Positions 25,331 through 38,688 of a stretch of 64,000 bases of DNA are shown piece by piece. Where the stretch lies: positions 4,340,001 to 4,404,000 of the forward strand of contig JBLDXI010000015.1 of assembly GCA_047495785.1 (NCBI GenBank). The letters run 5' to 3'. The DNA comes from Lepidodermella squamata. Its lineage: Eukaryota; Animalia; Gastrotricha. The translations under genes were made by a program, and so were the position numbers. Each line of letters starts with the position of its first letter. Position 1 is the stretch's first letter. The notes under the pieces are model-generated. The model was not told where the DNA came from, made no database searches, and saw nothing but the letters and a program-made list of their open reading frames with translations.

Positions 25331-25343
25331 TGACGTCACGTGA
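25331..25343. promoter_or_regulatory. Overlapping CRE (TGACGTCA) and E-box/CLEAR-like (GTCACGTGA) element upstream of the orphan gene
   Basis: TGACGTCACGTGA in a CpG-rich patch between the WDR77 stop and the orphan ATG. Confidence 0.4.
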
Positions 25344-25421
25344 TAGCTACGTTACTTGGGCGCGAATTATACGAGAATAATGGGCTATGTGCGCACTAGA
25401 ATTATGCTTAACGAGTACAAA

Positions 25422-26591
25422 TTACTCATCATACCGTTCCGAAAAATCGCCAATGCATATATTTCCATCTTCACTGCCGCTTACAATAATCATCGAGCTA
25501 ATAAAAAAAATGAGAACATAGTATTTTCAACTTTTCACTTTTGGAGCGCACTTTTCTGGATGCGAATCTAGCGATGTGATTAGACCGGAATGGGGCGCTT
25601 TGCCAGGGTGAGAATGCGAATCACTTTCGATTCCATTTTCCATCGATTGACGTCTGAGATTATAGCGAGCTATCTGGCCATCAGAGTAGCCAACAAAAAC
25701 GAAATCTTGGCACGAATCAGGCCACAACAAGGCAGTGGGGTACGCTCCAACCGATAAGTGACTGTTCTCTCCTAACCGCAATAGATGAAGTACTGATTTT
25801 CTTTAAAACGAATATTACCAGTGAGAATTGATGGTGGTCCATAAGTGAGACGACTGTCGACTAGATAAACTTTTCCATCACGAGAAGCGACACAATAAAG
25901 ATTTTTGTCGTATGGCGATACTGCGACTGCGAGAATTCTATCGTTTGTGGCTAGGGAAAGCCTGTTATTAACCAAATTAAACTAAAGTGTAACCCAACTT
26001 TACCACTTGAAGATGCGCAACATGAAGCTGTTTCGAGATCCCAACATTTTGAGGTAAAATCGAAAGAGCCAGAGATAACTTGAGCACCGTCAGAGGATAC
26101 AGCCAACGACGAAACAGCGTCGTCGTGGCCAATTAGGGTTTGATAAATGCGAACGTCAGGAAAATTATCACCGGCAGTGTAGCGAAAGAGTTCGATGGTT
26201 CCTTTATCGGCCCCACACACAATAGATGAATCATTCAGTCGAGCCGAGCAGGCATACGTTGTCGAGTTGTCAGTGAAATATGCAACAGGAGACGACAGGG
26301 CAGTCTCGGCAGCAGAAAAACTCGAGTAAACACCGACAAAACCTTGCCAGACATTACCACCCAACTCAGATGACACAACAAATGTTTTGCCATCTAAAAA
26401 TTACAGTAGAACACAAATCACTTCTTGAAATTTATCTCACCAGAAGAAACGATGAAGGATTCCAAATCACCGCCATGTACCTTGTGGCCAGAGTAATCAA
26501 ATGGGTTTATAGAGCCATTCGAGAGGGATGTAGGAAAAGGACTGTCATATTCATCCTGAATGCCCCAATCTTGACTTTCTACTGCCGCCAT
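25422..26591 (-). CDS. WDR77: WD40 protein, most like methylosome protein 50 (MEP50)
   Basis: SSELGGNVWQG (MEP50-like), GHDDAVSSLAVSSDGAQVISGSFDFTSKCWD, VASRDGKVYLVDSR, IVSGSEDGNI; at least 5 exons. Confidence 0.7.
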
Positions 26592-26967
26592 CTCATAAAT
26601 AATTGATCAAATTACCTAGCTAAAAAAATGAAATAAGATTTAACAGAAGTTAGTCAACTTTATTGTTCAATGCCACCGATTTCTTTCACTTGGGCGAAAA
26701 ATCGCACTTGACACAACAAGGCAAAATACCAGAAATTGAAACAGCTAATATCGTTCAATTTGTTATTTTTCAAAGCATCAAAACACAACACAGTATTCAA
26801 CATTACGCAATATAGTGACCGCATTTCATCGAAATGCTGATAGAATAAGATGACTGGACTGAGTAGGTAGCTTGAACGTGCCATAATCCATGGCCCCATA
26901 ACATAAAGAATATATGAATAAAGATAATGTCATTAGAGCATGCGAAGTAGAGAACTTGGAAAAATGA

Positions 26968-28424
26968 TTACACATTGGCAGGGCCACCCTTTGAACGGTA
27001 CTGCAGACTTGACGGGGATGGAGGCTTACCGTCATTGTACCTAGATTCTTGACCAACAGATGGGTTTGGTTTCGCAGGAACAGGCGGGTAAGCGGAATAT
27101 AAAAAGACAGCTGCAACTACAAAAGCTGCTCCGAGATTAAACACAGCCGATAGGTGAGTGGAGAAAAACGCCCATGTGAGGAAGCAAGACAGTACAATTG
27201 CAGCAGAGGTTGCAAATCCTTTAAGGATATTATCCGCATATTTCACTACAACAGCGACGACTAAACCGCCCAGCGATTGCAACAGAATAACGATCCACAC
27301 TAGCCAGTCAAAACCAACAAAAAAGCCTTCAGACATGATTTTTGAATAGTCGCTGATGAAAGCTGTGATGAAAGCAAGGGGAAGTGATAAAGCAGCAAGT
27401 TGGATATTTCGAAGCCAAAGGCTGAGGTCCGAGCCCTTCAAGATTTTCTCAAAGTAAACTCCAGCAAAGCCAGATAGAAGGCAAGCAACGAGAACGGATA
27501 AGATTCCGACCGTATAACTTTGCTCAGGGGCAGAAGATGCGGCAGCAGCAGCAGTGGTAGTAGTAATATTCGCATCAGATGCAGGGCTTCCAGAGAAGTT
27601 CATATTAGAAATTTGAACAATTGAAACGCCAACAAAAAGCAGTCCGAGCGATAGCCATTGAGTGCGACTAAGGGATTTAGATAGCATCACCACAGAGAAA
27701 ACAGCCGTGGTGAAAATCTTCAGCTGATAAGACACTTGGAAAGTCGCCGCATCGAGATTTGAAACAGCCACATAAAGCAAATTATTCTGAATTGTGTATA
27801 TCAGCGAAGGTACCGCAACTTTCAGGGTGTCAACGGGTTGCCGTATTACTTTATCTCTTAGCTCTATCCAAGCAACCACCGGATTCCAGCCATGCTCGTA
27901 AGTGAGAAACACAAAGCAAACAGCCAATTTCACCCATTCACCCATTATTACTCCGACTGTGGCCAGAAACATCGGGCCGGTACGAGTGCGCGCGTAGCGC
28001 ATCACCAACACCAGAGCAGTGTTTTGCAGCGTGAGGATTACGAGACTCGTGTATTTCATCAGATTAGCTGGAGATTGAAAGCGATAATGCATAATTATTG
28101 ACAACAAATTCGAGACTCACCTCTACTGAGCGATGTTCCCGAGCGAGGGGAGGGCATTTTAGTAGTTTTATCTTTTTCCTCTCCGTCACCTATGGCAGTG
28201 GAAACAACGGTTATGTTTTCGCCTGATTCTGGATTGATAGCTTGAAAAGCGACAGCCTCAGTTTTAGAGGGTTCTATGCTCAGCGAGCGACTCAAGGAAC
28301 GCAATGTTAGTTTAGATCCTATTAAGCTTTTAATTCCTGCACCTTCACCAACAAGCGCTTCAGATTCGGAGTTGTTAACTTCAATATGAATGAATTCTTC
28401 AACTTTATCAGGGTCTTCACTCAT
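26968..28424 (-). CDS. Golgi nucleotide-sugar transporter, SLC35A2/A3 family (UDP-Gal/UDP-GlcNAc)
   Basis: KYTSLVILTLQNTALVLVMRY, VPSLIYTIQNNLLYVAVSNLDAATFQVSYQLKI, SGFAGVYFEKILKGS, VVKYADNILKGFATS. Confidence 0.93.
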
Positions 28425-29550
28425 CGAAAATTAAGAAGCAACTAAAAAGAGATTCGAGAGATGTTAGTAGTATAATACAAATAGCATAATAGGGGAAATT
28501 CAATCGCTAACCACTAGCCGAATCGGCTTTAGGAGCGGGCAAGTAGCAAAGAAGCAGCAAGCAGCAGAGCAACAGTAACGGCGGAAAAAAAACAAAAAAG
28601 AAAAGATGTTGACGACCCAGAAGGCGGCATTTTCAAATATTTAAATATTTTCAGGAAAACCAGCCAAATTATACATGCTACTATTCAATTAGTTGTTAAA
28701 TATATTTCTCCAATTTCTTAGGACATATAGTTGAAAAATTTGAAACGCGAAAAATGCCTCATCACGGCATGACTTGCCAGTTTTGGCTCAACTTATTCTT
28801 GCCGGTCATATTCGTTCATGAAGCTGGGCCTTTACGTATGCGTTTATACTCTGGGTGTGAATCTGGTCAATATTATGGTCCTCTCTTGCTGGGTAGGAAG
28901 GCAAAATCATGTTAAATTTCAGGAAATTGAATCAAATTTCATAGCGTCTTTCTTTGCGCTCCTAGAATTTGCGATTTGATTGATAAGACTATAATCCGAT
29001 GGAACGCTCCATCGTGTCGTGGTCTCAAAATGGGGTTTATGCATGACTACCGAACTAATTCGATGAAATAATTCCTTGTATTTATTTCATTTTAAATGCT
29101 TTTAGTGCGTTCTTCTAGTTTCTTTGATCTTTCTTTAGTCGTGGGGAACTCACAGGTTGCACATAAGTTGATTTGATGCAAGTCGTATGAACCGTTTCTT
29201 ATTTCTTAGTGATATTATTTATTTTAACAGCAACATGCTCAACTCTTTTTAAAGCTGCCTAACTAATTTCCCTTCCGGACCCCAGTCTCATTTTTTCTCC
29301 AAAACCAACTGCTGAGAAAGTATTAGCGATTGATCGTAATGCATTATGTGTTAGCTCTTGGATTGTTGACCATAATCAGTCTGTGATCCAATTCAAAATA
29401 CCACCTATTTTATTATCATTCGGGAACTCCGAGAAGACAGTTGCGTATTATCTTTTATGTTTTCAATATCCTGTATTCATACGTTTTATGTAAAGTTTTT
29501 TTTTCTTGCCTTTGATAGAGTTAACAGTTTAATTTATTGAATCGTCAAAT

Positions 29551-29880
29551 ATGGTCAGTTAACTTTCCCTTCAACCTAATCCATTTATAATTTAATTCAT
29601 TTAATAGCCTGAGCAGAAATTGGTCCCTAAAGGTCCTCCGTCAGGAGCTACCGTTCGTCAACGCCGCACCGGTGGCACTGGGGGCTCAAGTGGCAATTCT
29701 GGTAACTCTAGTGGCGCTGTCCGTCGCTCTGCTCCGAGCAATACCGCTGGCATGTTCCGATTCTACACTGAAGATTCGCCTGGTATTAAAGTTGGACCCG
29801 TGCCCGTTTTGGTTCTGAGCCTCGTTTTTATTGCTTCGGTCTTCATTCTGCACATCTGGGGCAAGTACAATCGCGGTTGA
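29551..29880 (+). CDS. SEC61B: Sec61 translocon beta subunit; first coding exon is ATG only
   Basis: [39 protein letters not shown]; ATG|gtcagt...aatag|CCT. Confidence 0.96.
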
Positions 29881-31555
29881 AATTCTCGACCAGATTGTTA
29901 TTGGTTACGTGTTCTATCTAAATTTCGACGGACATTCCTGTAACTCCAAATATTTGAAAGTCTTCAATGGAAGATGTGCATTCTATTATATAGTGCATAA
30001 AGTACTTGAGCGCATTAACTGCTCTTTTGGCATGTCAATTGTTTTGGCGTTGGAGGTCAATAAAGAAACTGTAATATAACACCGATGAATTGCGTTGTCT
30101 CTTTGATAATTGCGTTACTTAAGGAGGACAGTCCACTAACTTGGGACTTCATTTCAAGAAATAGTTCCGCTTGGGCTATTTATTTGTTTACGATATGGTT
30201 TAATGGTCTGAAACGAACAAGCGTTTCTATAACCGCAAAACACAAGTACGATCGATAGCATTCCAGATACGATTGAAACTCATTAATAATGAATATTTTT
30301 ACCAAGGCTACTGCGGCGTTCCATTTCACCATGAAGTTGTTAATTGCGCCTAAGACTCTTCGTGTCTGCGGTGCTGACTTAATTCATTCGGGAAATTAAA
30401 TATTGGCACCGAAAGTAATCCTGTACAGGTTGTTGTAGCGACAGACTTCTAGTGCGTCGTTGGAATAGGCTGCAATAATGCAATTGAGTAGTCTCTATGT
30501 CATATCAACAAACAGATTCAAGGTCGCTTTTTTGTTTGCAATAGCGATTCATTTTATGGCCGTTGTGCGCGCACTGAAGGGGCGAATGACGCTTTACCGG
30601 CGAAAGTTTATCTTCGAAAAAAGGCGATCACTGTTTATTTTTATCAAAATAATAAACATTAGATAAATCCAGTCAGCACTGAGCTCGTGATTTATAGGCA
30701 AATGCATTTAATTAACATTTATTTGCTGAATTTTCTATTTCCTGCGCCGTGTACTATTATATTAGTGTATTAAGGCCGGCGAAAGTCATCAAATATCACT
30801 CTGAATAGCCAATGCTCTAACCATAGCTGACTCTAGTTGTCGAACGAGGGCTATAATTCCGAAAGTCAACAAACAAACCGCTCTCCCAACATCTCAACAT
30901 TCGCAGTTCCAATCAGGGTTCGCACCAGAGAAAAAAGTGCGCGCCTGTCGGCTAGTGAAGGATCGCGCTCAATGTGGAGCCAATAAACCGATGGTCTTTT
31001 CTGTTAGTAAACCCAATATATATATAATATTGTAGGTATATAATTCTGCGCATACAAGACCTATTAAACGCTGCGTCTTGTTTTCAAATAATCCAATAAC
31101 AAATCATCGCCATTTATTTTCTCGCGCTACCTTTAATCCGATGCATAGCGCAAGCTCTGCATTCCCACCTTCACGCTGTTTTTTGTTTGCACTGCTAATA
31201 TCAGGTTATTACAGTCCGGAGGCATGTTTTAGGTATAAATCACAGTGGCTATAGCATCAAATAAAAAAACCTATTAATATCTCTCTGTATAATAAGTTAA
31301 TTTCATTATCCTCGGCAATGAGATGGCGCTTTACCGGTAGCGCAACCAATTTGCCGATTTTTTACTGACATCGAATTTGCTGTTAAGACACGGATGCAGC
31401 AATCAAACAGCCATTAAAAAGAATAACATTTAATCATACCGTCGCATTCAGTGCTATGCATAACCAGTTTTTAGTGCATTTTCGCCATTTGCCTGTATTT
31501 TATTCTTGCTTTATCAATTTATTTTAGGAATACCTGTTTTCAGCAATAATATGCA

Positions 31556-34500
31556 ATGGGTTTAGCAAGTTGGGCAGCGTTAGCTTTGCTGCTGCTGCTG
31601 GCATCGCAATATCAATGTGAAGCTAAATGCGTGCGGCGTCCTATTGAAACGTCCCGCGAATCAGGCGTGGGCGATGGAGGGTTCAGGATACGGATCGTTG
31701 GCGATCCTGCTACCTATCGACCTGACCAAGTTTACATGAGTAGGCTGAACGTCTTAGCTGAAAGAAGCGCATGACCTTTCTGCATTTTTTTGAAATTTAG
31801 TCTCCCTCGAGGCCAGCGTTCCAAATCAAAAGATTGCCAACTTTCAACTGATTTCTGCCAAGCAACAGGAACCTTTTGATGAGAATGCTGATCTTGGACG
31901 TTTCATGGTAACATTTTATTATTATTATTGTTTCTTAGTAGATAATTAGCCAACAATTTTTCATTTAGTACGCCCAAAGCCTCACAGTCGATAGGAGCTT
32001 TCTGCCACCTGGATGCTCTCATATATTTGGGGGCCGACTTTACAGCCGCCGGTCAGCTGTTGTAGTATCTTGGCGAGCTCCGCCTTTAGGTTCTGGCTGC
32101 GTGGAATTTCGGTAAGTTTTGAAGAGCTTCTTATAAAGGCTCTAATATCTTTCTTCGTCGCCAGTGCTTTAGTCAGCGAGTTCACCGATGTATGGTACAA
32201 GGATGCGGGTGGACTTACCAAGACGATTTGCGAAGACACTGATGATCCGCTATTGAGAATGCCGAAATGCTGCGCGTGCGGCGTTGCCAAGTATCAGATG
32301 ACCTTTGAAGGTTACTGGTCCCGAGAAACGCATCCAAGGGATTTCCCCAGTGGTCACAACGGTGGGTATCATTCGCGATTCGATAAACTGTATATGCTTG
32401 ATTTAATTTAGAGGGCCTTTTGCATTGGTCAAATATTGCCGGTGCTAGTCATGACCGCACTTACACAATCTGGCGAGTTGGAGAAAAGGCTTCAAAGGGA
32501 GTACAAACTGTTTGCGAACTTGGCGATACTGCATTATTGGAGCGTGAAATGCGACGAAAGGTAGGCAAATTTATTTTAATAATTTTCTAAGCTTGCATAA
32601 GCAAAAGTTAGCTAGTCCTTGGGGTTATTGCTTTTCTTGTTCGATAAACCAAAACACCGAGTGCTGTGGCTCTCGCAGCCACAACTAACGCAAACAGCAG
32701 GGCGAAATTTCTGGCCAAATGGCTCGGACTAAAGTTGTAGAAGTCCAGTACCTCTGGAAAACAAATAATTATTTTTCTGAAAATCTCAGAGGCAATACAA
32801 ACTAACCTTCCCCGTTTCTGTAGCATCTTGCCTTCGCATTGGTTGTTTCGTTTTCACAATCGGACAGCGTAACGTTCGCCCATTCGCCGATGAACACGTT
32901 TTCATTTCCGTAATAGAAAAGGGATAGGTATGGGGCCCATGACATGAATGAAGATACCGATTCATTGTTCAACCAAAATCCATTACAGAGAGCCATTGAC
33001 ACCAGTATTGGACGACAATAGGACGCGACAACTGCATAGTTTTCCGTCATAAATCCGAAAATGTAGCCTATAGACGATGCAGACAGTGCTAACAAATAGC
33101 CAGTTCCAATAGCTATTACAAGGCCGTAAAATCCAGTGGTCTGATACATGAAAGGCATAAGGTAGACGATTGTTGTCGATATAGCCGTTAAGATGAACAT
33201 GAATGGCAGTTCAATAACCTGACGCGCAACGAAGTAAACCCATGGATTGTAAAGGCCCACCGCGCACTCCCGCAGCATGAAGCCGCGTTCTTTCGGGAGG
33301 TTATCGACGAACTGGTCGATATTCTGCCAGGCATTTATACCAGTAACTTGGGTCAATAAACCACACCGATTAGTTACACCTATTGGGTCTAGGCCAAGAC
33401 CGAAAAAAATGAGACCGACCAGCAGAGGATAAGAAACGCTATCAAAAGCTCGAGCATGGATCCACGTAGGGTTCCGGTAGTAGATTTTAGCCGCCCGCCA
33501 AGTAGCCATTTGCAATTGCGTTCTCAATGTCGACTGGGTTGAACCGAAATCAGAGAGAAACTCTTGATTACTACTCGATCGGCTATCAACAGCTTCAATG
33601 TCTTCGTTCATTTCCTTGAAATAAACACTGGCTTTATACGTATCGGTTATTTCATGTACATTAGAGCGGTAACACCGACAAATTACGTCCATATAAAAAT
33701 CACTAGGGTTGAAATCTGCAGGACACGGCTGTAGAAGGGGAGGTGCGGCAAAAAATTTACCGCAATCGCTAGTGGAGCCATGATAGCAAACTTTACCATT
33801 TGACAGCAACAAAATTCGGTCGAAATACGAGAATATTTGAGATGACGGCTGGTGCACGGTGAATACTATCGCCTTACCGGCTTCTTTTGCTAGTGACTTC
33901 AGAGATAGAATAACAGTTTCAGCCAAGAAGCTGTCCAAACCAGAGGTCGGCTCGTCCAAGAAGAGAATAGCCGGGTTAACTATCAACTCAGAAGCTAAAG
34001 AGAGTCGCTTTCTTTCACCACCAGACAACGTTTTCTCGCCGCTTTCAGGATCACCGATAATAGTTTCAGAACATTTTCCGAGGTTCAGCTCCATTAGAAG
34101 AGCGTCAACTCTTGCGGTTCGTTGACGATCCGTGACCTCCTTTGCAGTCATTCGAAGTTTTGCATTGAACCAAAGGTATTCTCGAACTGTTAATAGAGCA
34201 GGGAAGACATCTTCTTGGTAAACGAAACCGATGAATCTTCGGGCTAAATCCAAAGTTAGTGGTTGACCGTTGATCTGGACACGACCGTTCAATCCAATGT
34301 TCCCTGCTGTTGATCGGCCTCCGATGATATTTAAAAGCGTTGTTTTGCCTGCCCCCGATTCACCCATGATCGCTAGAAGTTCTCCCGCCTTGGCGATTCC
34401 GCTTACCTCGTCGAGTAGTTTTCGAGATTCCAGCGTGGCAGTCACATCTTGCCATGTAATAGCCGCTAGTAGGTTCGGTGGCGTACGGCTAGATTGCTCA

Positions 34501-37500
34501 TTCATTCTGACAGACTTTGCGATCGAGTCGAACTCAGTGCCAATATCTGCAGCATTTCGCTGATCCCTTTCATTCTCCTGTGCTGAATTTGCGTACTCGT
34601 GTCCTGTCATTTATCAACCAGTATCGTCGGGAATGCGGCTACGCGATCAAATCAACGCTTTTCAGACACACTTTTATATCCTTATCTTATCTCTTTTAAG
34701 CTTCGGTTAAGCAGTGTTTCTCCTGTTTCAGGGCGAGTATATTAGATCTATTATCAGAGCACCCGGCATTTGGAGCCGCAATCTACGCCAGAACCGGTTC
34801 GCTCGATTCAGCGTCAATGCATCGCATCACGTGAGATGAAAAAACCTGTGCCGTTACGATAACATGTAGGGAAATGTTTTTTTTATCGATAGCTTGTTTC
34901 GCTTCTATCGATGATCGGTCCAAGCCCTGATTGGTGCGTCGGAGTTTCGGCGATCAATCTATGCCTTCAAAACTGCACGTGGGCTCGCCGTATAGTCTTG
35001 GACCTACAGCCGTGGGATGCGGGAACGGATAGCGGAATTACCTACACGGTATGAAAGAGGATATCAATTATTAAAAGTCTCATTCAAAATGCCTTTGCCT
35101 ACAGTCCGAGAACAAACCGACAAAACCGCAAGACGTAATTCGCTTCTTGACAAATTCTTGGCCAAATGATCCCACGTCGCCATTTTTTGGGCCGGATCCT
35201 ATTCCACCTTTTGCTCGTTTGACGTTTGACAGAACAAGCCCAGGCCCTAGCGAAGACTCCCAATGCGTTCCTGACGATGGTGCTGACGAGAAATCACTCA
35301 ATGAAAACCAAGGTTTGTTAGATTTGCCCGATTTCCGACCAGCTTATAGCTCTGCTGTCCGCCAGATAGCTCGTGCGTTACTAGCCCGTGGTCTGACTGG
35401 GGTCCTTGTTCAACTACTTGCGGCGTTGGTATGCGTGTCCGCAACCGCATGCTTAAGTCGGCGCTAGGCGGCTGCAGCCATATCCAGACTATGGAAAAGG
35501 AGCCGTGTTTAGGAACGGAGAACTTCTGCGCCGACGGCAAGCCCGCCACTAACGCGCCACCCGAAAGCGAACTGCTTCCGGAAATCCGACCGCCGATACC
35601 TGGTCGCGGGAACCTTCCGAATACATGCGAGCTGACCGACTGGACCGAATGGTCACCGTGTTCGGTCACCTGTGGGCAAGGCTTCCGCCGCAGATCTCGT
35701 CAACTCGTCTATCCAGATATGTCCCATCTCTGCGCAAGTGCTGCTGCAGCAAATGGCCGCCATCTTGAAGAAACCGAACAGTGCACTAATACTCAGTTTC
35801 CAAACTGCACAGCCGTTAACCAGCTGATAAATTATGCAGGTAAGAAAATTGTCATTTCACGTTTTACCGCCATTTAATTGCTTTGTTGACAGAAATTTGT
35901 AAGCTACCTGCTGTACGTGGGCCTTGCACTGGAAACTTTCCCAGGTGGTACTACGATCCTCGCCAAAATCGATGCATAGCATTCAGTTACGGCGGGTATG
36001 AATCCATGGGTATTTCCTCGCGAATTTTCTCATTGAAATTTTCCTTAGATGCCGAGGTAATCAAAACCGATTCTTCAGCCGAGCTCAGTGCGCTCAGCTA
36101 TGTTCGGAGAAAGGTATTTTTAATTCTACGTTTTATTGTTTGTTGTCTGGTACTTAGTATCGTTTTGTCGCTTGTTTGTCGCTTGAATATCTAGAACATC
36201 GAACAAACAACTATCGTCGCCATAACAACTTGCCATTGGCGGCATCACTCCGCCAAAAGACTTAGCTTCTTTTCGACTGCAGGAGCTTCCATCAGGACCA
36301 CCGGATGAAGAATTAGTTCACAAAATGACATGCTTCTTGTTAGATAGACAATAGCGGCTATTCTGTTCACTTCGAACAGTTCGTTCTCAAGCATCCAGCG
36401 CTCATCTGTAGTTTCTATAATAATCTCCTGCATGACAGTGCTTGACTACGACCAAACTTTGTGATCTTAAAAAGCTTTGAAATTTCAGAAGATTTTTCCT
36501 TCAGGTGCTTTTTAATACTGCGTTTTTGCTGCCGTTATCGGCATACATTTTTTGCTTTTTCATTTGACTTTTAAGAACCAACTTTTTTGCATACCACGTG
36601 TGACATTGCTATAAGTAAAAGCTAAACAGGAAGAATCATCAGCTTTGAATTTGATTGAAATTTAAAAATCAAGGGCGTTAACATGTTTATGTTTTTATCC
36701 ACATATTTTATCAAAGTTTACGCCGTATGTGAGCAGTTTATGCGTTCGGTTACCGGTAAGTACCTCTAAAGTTTGATCCAATTCGTCGCTGTCTTCCTGC
36801 TTCATTATGTGCCCATTTTTTATGCAATGTTTCGCCTTGAAGCTTATAATAAATTTAAAGTGGTGAAAGGTTGCAAAAATTGGTTTTTCTCAAGGATCGG
36901 TTTCGCCTGCTGCATCAGGTAACGAGCAAAAGTTGGATTTGGTTAGGACGCCAGGGTCCGATGAGAGCAATACTCAAATTAGCAAAAACGAGAAACTAGA
37001 AGAAGAATTCAATGAAGCGGAGGAGCAGCAAGAAGCCGGCGCCGGTATCACGAGTGATCCGATGGCTGGCTATGCGCCGACGAAAGCTGACGATGAAGAC
37101 ATGATTCGCGAAACTACGGCAACTCGATCGCGAGCTCGTGGAATAGCTGTAGATTGTGAGGTGACTCAGTGGACTCAATGGTCAAGTTGCAGCGCAACAT
37201 GCGGCCGAGGTGCTGAGACTAGACAGCGGCACGTTTTGACACCTCCGTCGGGCGGTGGCAAAAGTTGCCCTTTCGAACTGGCTCAACGACGTAATTGTCG
37301 CAACCCCTATCGGCCTCATTGCGAAAAAAGTTTCCGAGCGTTCAATTGCTTGCACACATGCTTAAAATTTCGTTGCTTCTATAGAGCCTATTGATTGCCA
37401 AGTGGGTGGGTGGGCCGAATGGTCCGAATGTACAGCTGGCTGTCTACCGAATCCCGACAATGCAAAAGCGGCACAACCGTTTCGAACGAGAACCTTGCAG

Positions 37501-37747
37501 GTAGCCTTAATACGCGAATCCTCGAATTTGTCAGATTTTAAATAAAATTGATTTCCTATAGATTATTTCACGAGCTCGCTATGGTGGCAGACCGTGCCCG
37601 CTAAGAGGAGAAAGGTCGCAGCGGCAGGTTTGCACGTGGCTGCCGATTTGCGCTGATGAGCCCCTGGCTCCTATTGTGGTGCAAAACCTGGAGAATGAAG
37701 AAGAGGAAAATGCGCTGGAGGCTTTTCCAAAGAGTGGACGAATCTGA
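31556..37747 (+). CDS. SPON1: F-spondin/spondin-1 family: signal peptide, reeler, spondin_N, TSP1 repeats and a Kunitz domain
   Basis: Signal MGLASWAALALLLLL; CCACGVAKYQMTFEGYWSRETHPRDFP; SMIGPSPDWCVG; WDAGTDSGITY; WSDWGPCSTTCG, WTEWSPCSVTCG, WTQWSSCSATCG; Kunitz CKLPAVRGPCTGNFPRWYYD...YGGCRGNQNRF. Confidence 0.9.
32608..34610 (-). CDS. ABCG half-transporter (white/scarlet-like), 2 exons, nested antisense in F-spondin intron 32561-34731
   Basis: Walker A GESGAGKT, Q-loop VYQED, signature LSGGERKR, Walker B ILFLDEPTSGLDS, H-loop TVHQPS, NPSDFY motif, then transmembrane domain; 3' exon VLDFYNFSP... to stop at 32608. Confidence 0.95.
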
Positions 37748-38659
37748 GTATTAATTCTTGACTGTAATATTTATCATGCGCTCTTAGTAAACGCATCGCT
37801 TTAGGTTTTTTTAATACTACACGTGTTCCGCATATGTAGTAAATATTCAGGGCATCAGCCGATTTAATTCGTCGACACAGTAGTGTGATGATGTAAATAG
37901 CCTAATAAAGCATATAATGTGTAACCGATTTCACTTGCGTATCACGTCTCTACATTTTTACGGCGCTCTCATCCCACCGGTGATGTATTACAAAGAGTTT
38001 AAAGTCTCCAACAGGTGTTTGAATAATTTTGAGTTATTCGGCTAACGGGGAACGCACCAAGGATCGCACTTCTTGCTGAGATGAAAGGGAATCCGCCATA
38101 CATAAAAAATTCAGTATTATTGCCGATACAATCCACTATAGCCGGTGCATTCCACTTTCGGAAAATGGAACCATCTACTCCTTCGACTTCAGCTCGACTT
38201 GCGCTCATCATTACCCTTCGTAACATATAGTGGCGCAGGCCAAGTGGTGCTTTTGCCGCCGTATAAGTGCATCATATAATTGTCATCAGAAAGGTGACCT
38301 CGATGACTTGCACAGCTTTTTCGAGGTTATGTGTCGTAATAGCCTAACACGCGGCATTGTGACAGTTGCCACAATTTGCTCCGGCAAGCCTTCTGTTCGG
38401 TCTTACCTACATATATTCATGTACCTATACGAACATACGGCGCGCATGATAGCCGTATAATGCGGTGCGATGTAAACTTTTACTGTGCTTTTATACTACA
38501 ATGTGAACGTTATATATGCATGTTTATGTTTCACATGGAGACACCGGCCGTAACAACCGTTAACCTATGTTTTACATGGCGAATGCGAGCTCATAATGCT
38601 CCAATATTTTCGGTATAAAAGTCTATGTTTGTTTTGTTGTTTTGTGGAGAATAATGTTG

Positions 38660-38688
38660 CTGATGATGATGATGATGATGGTGATGAC
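38660..38688. repeat. (GAT)n microsatellite
   Basis: ctgatgatgatgatgatgatggtgatgac. Confidence 0.8.

Noticed and set aside
36300-36350. SECIS element after the short spondin stop
   Set aside because: The GA quartet and helix II do not form, and there is no in-frame TGA to recode
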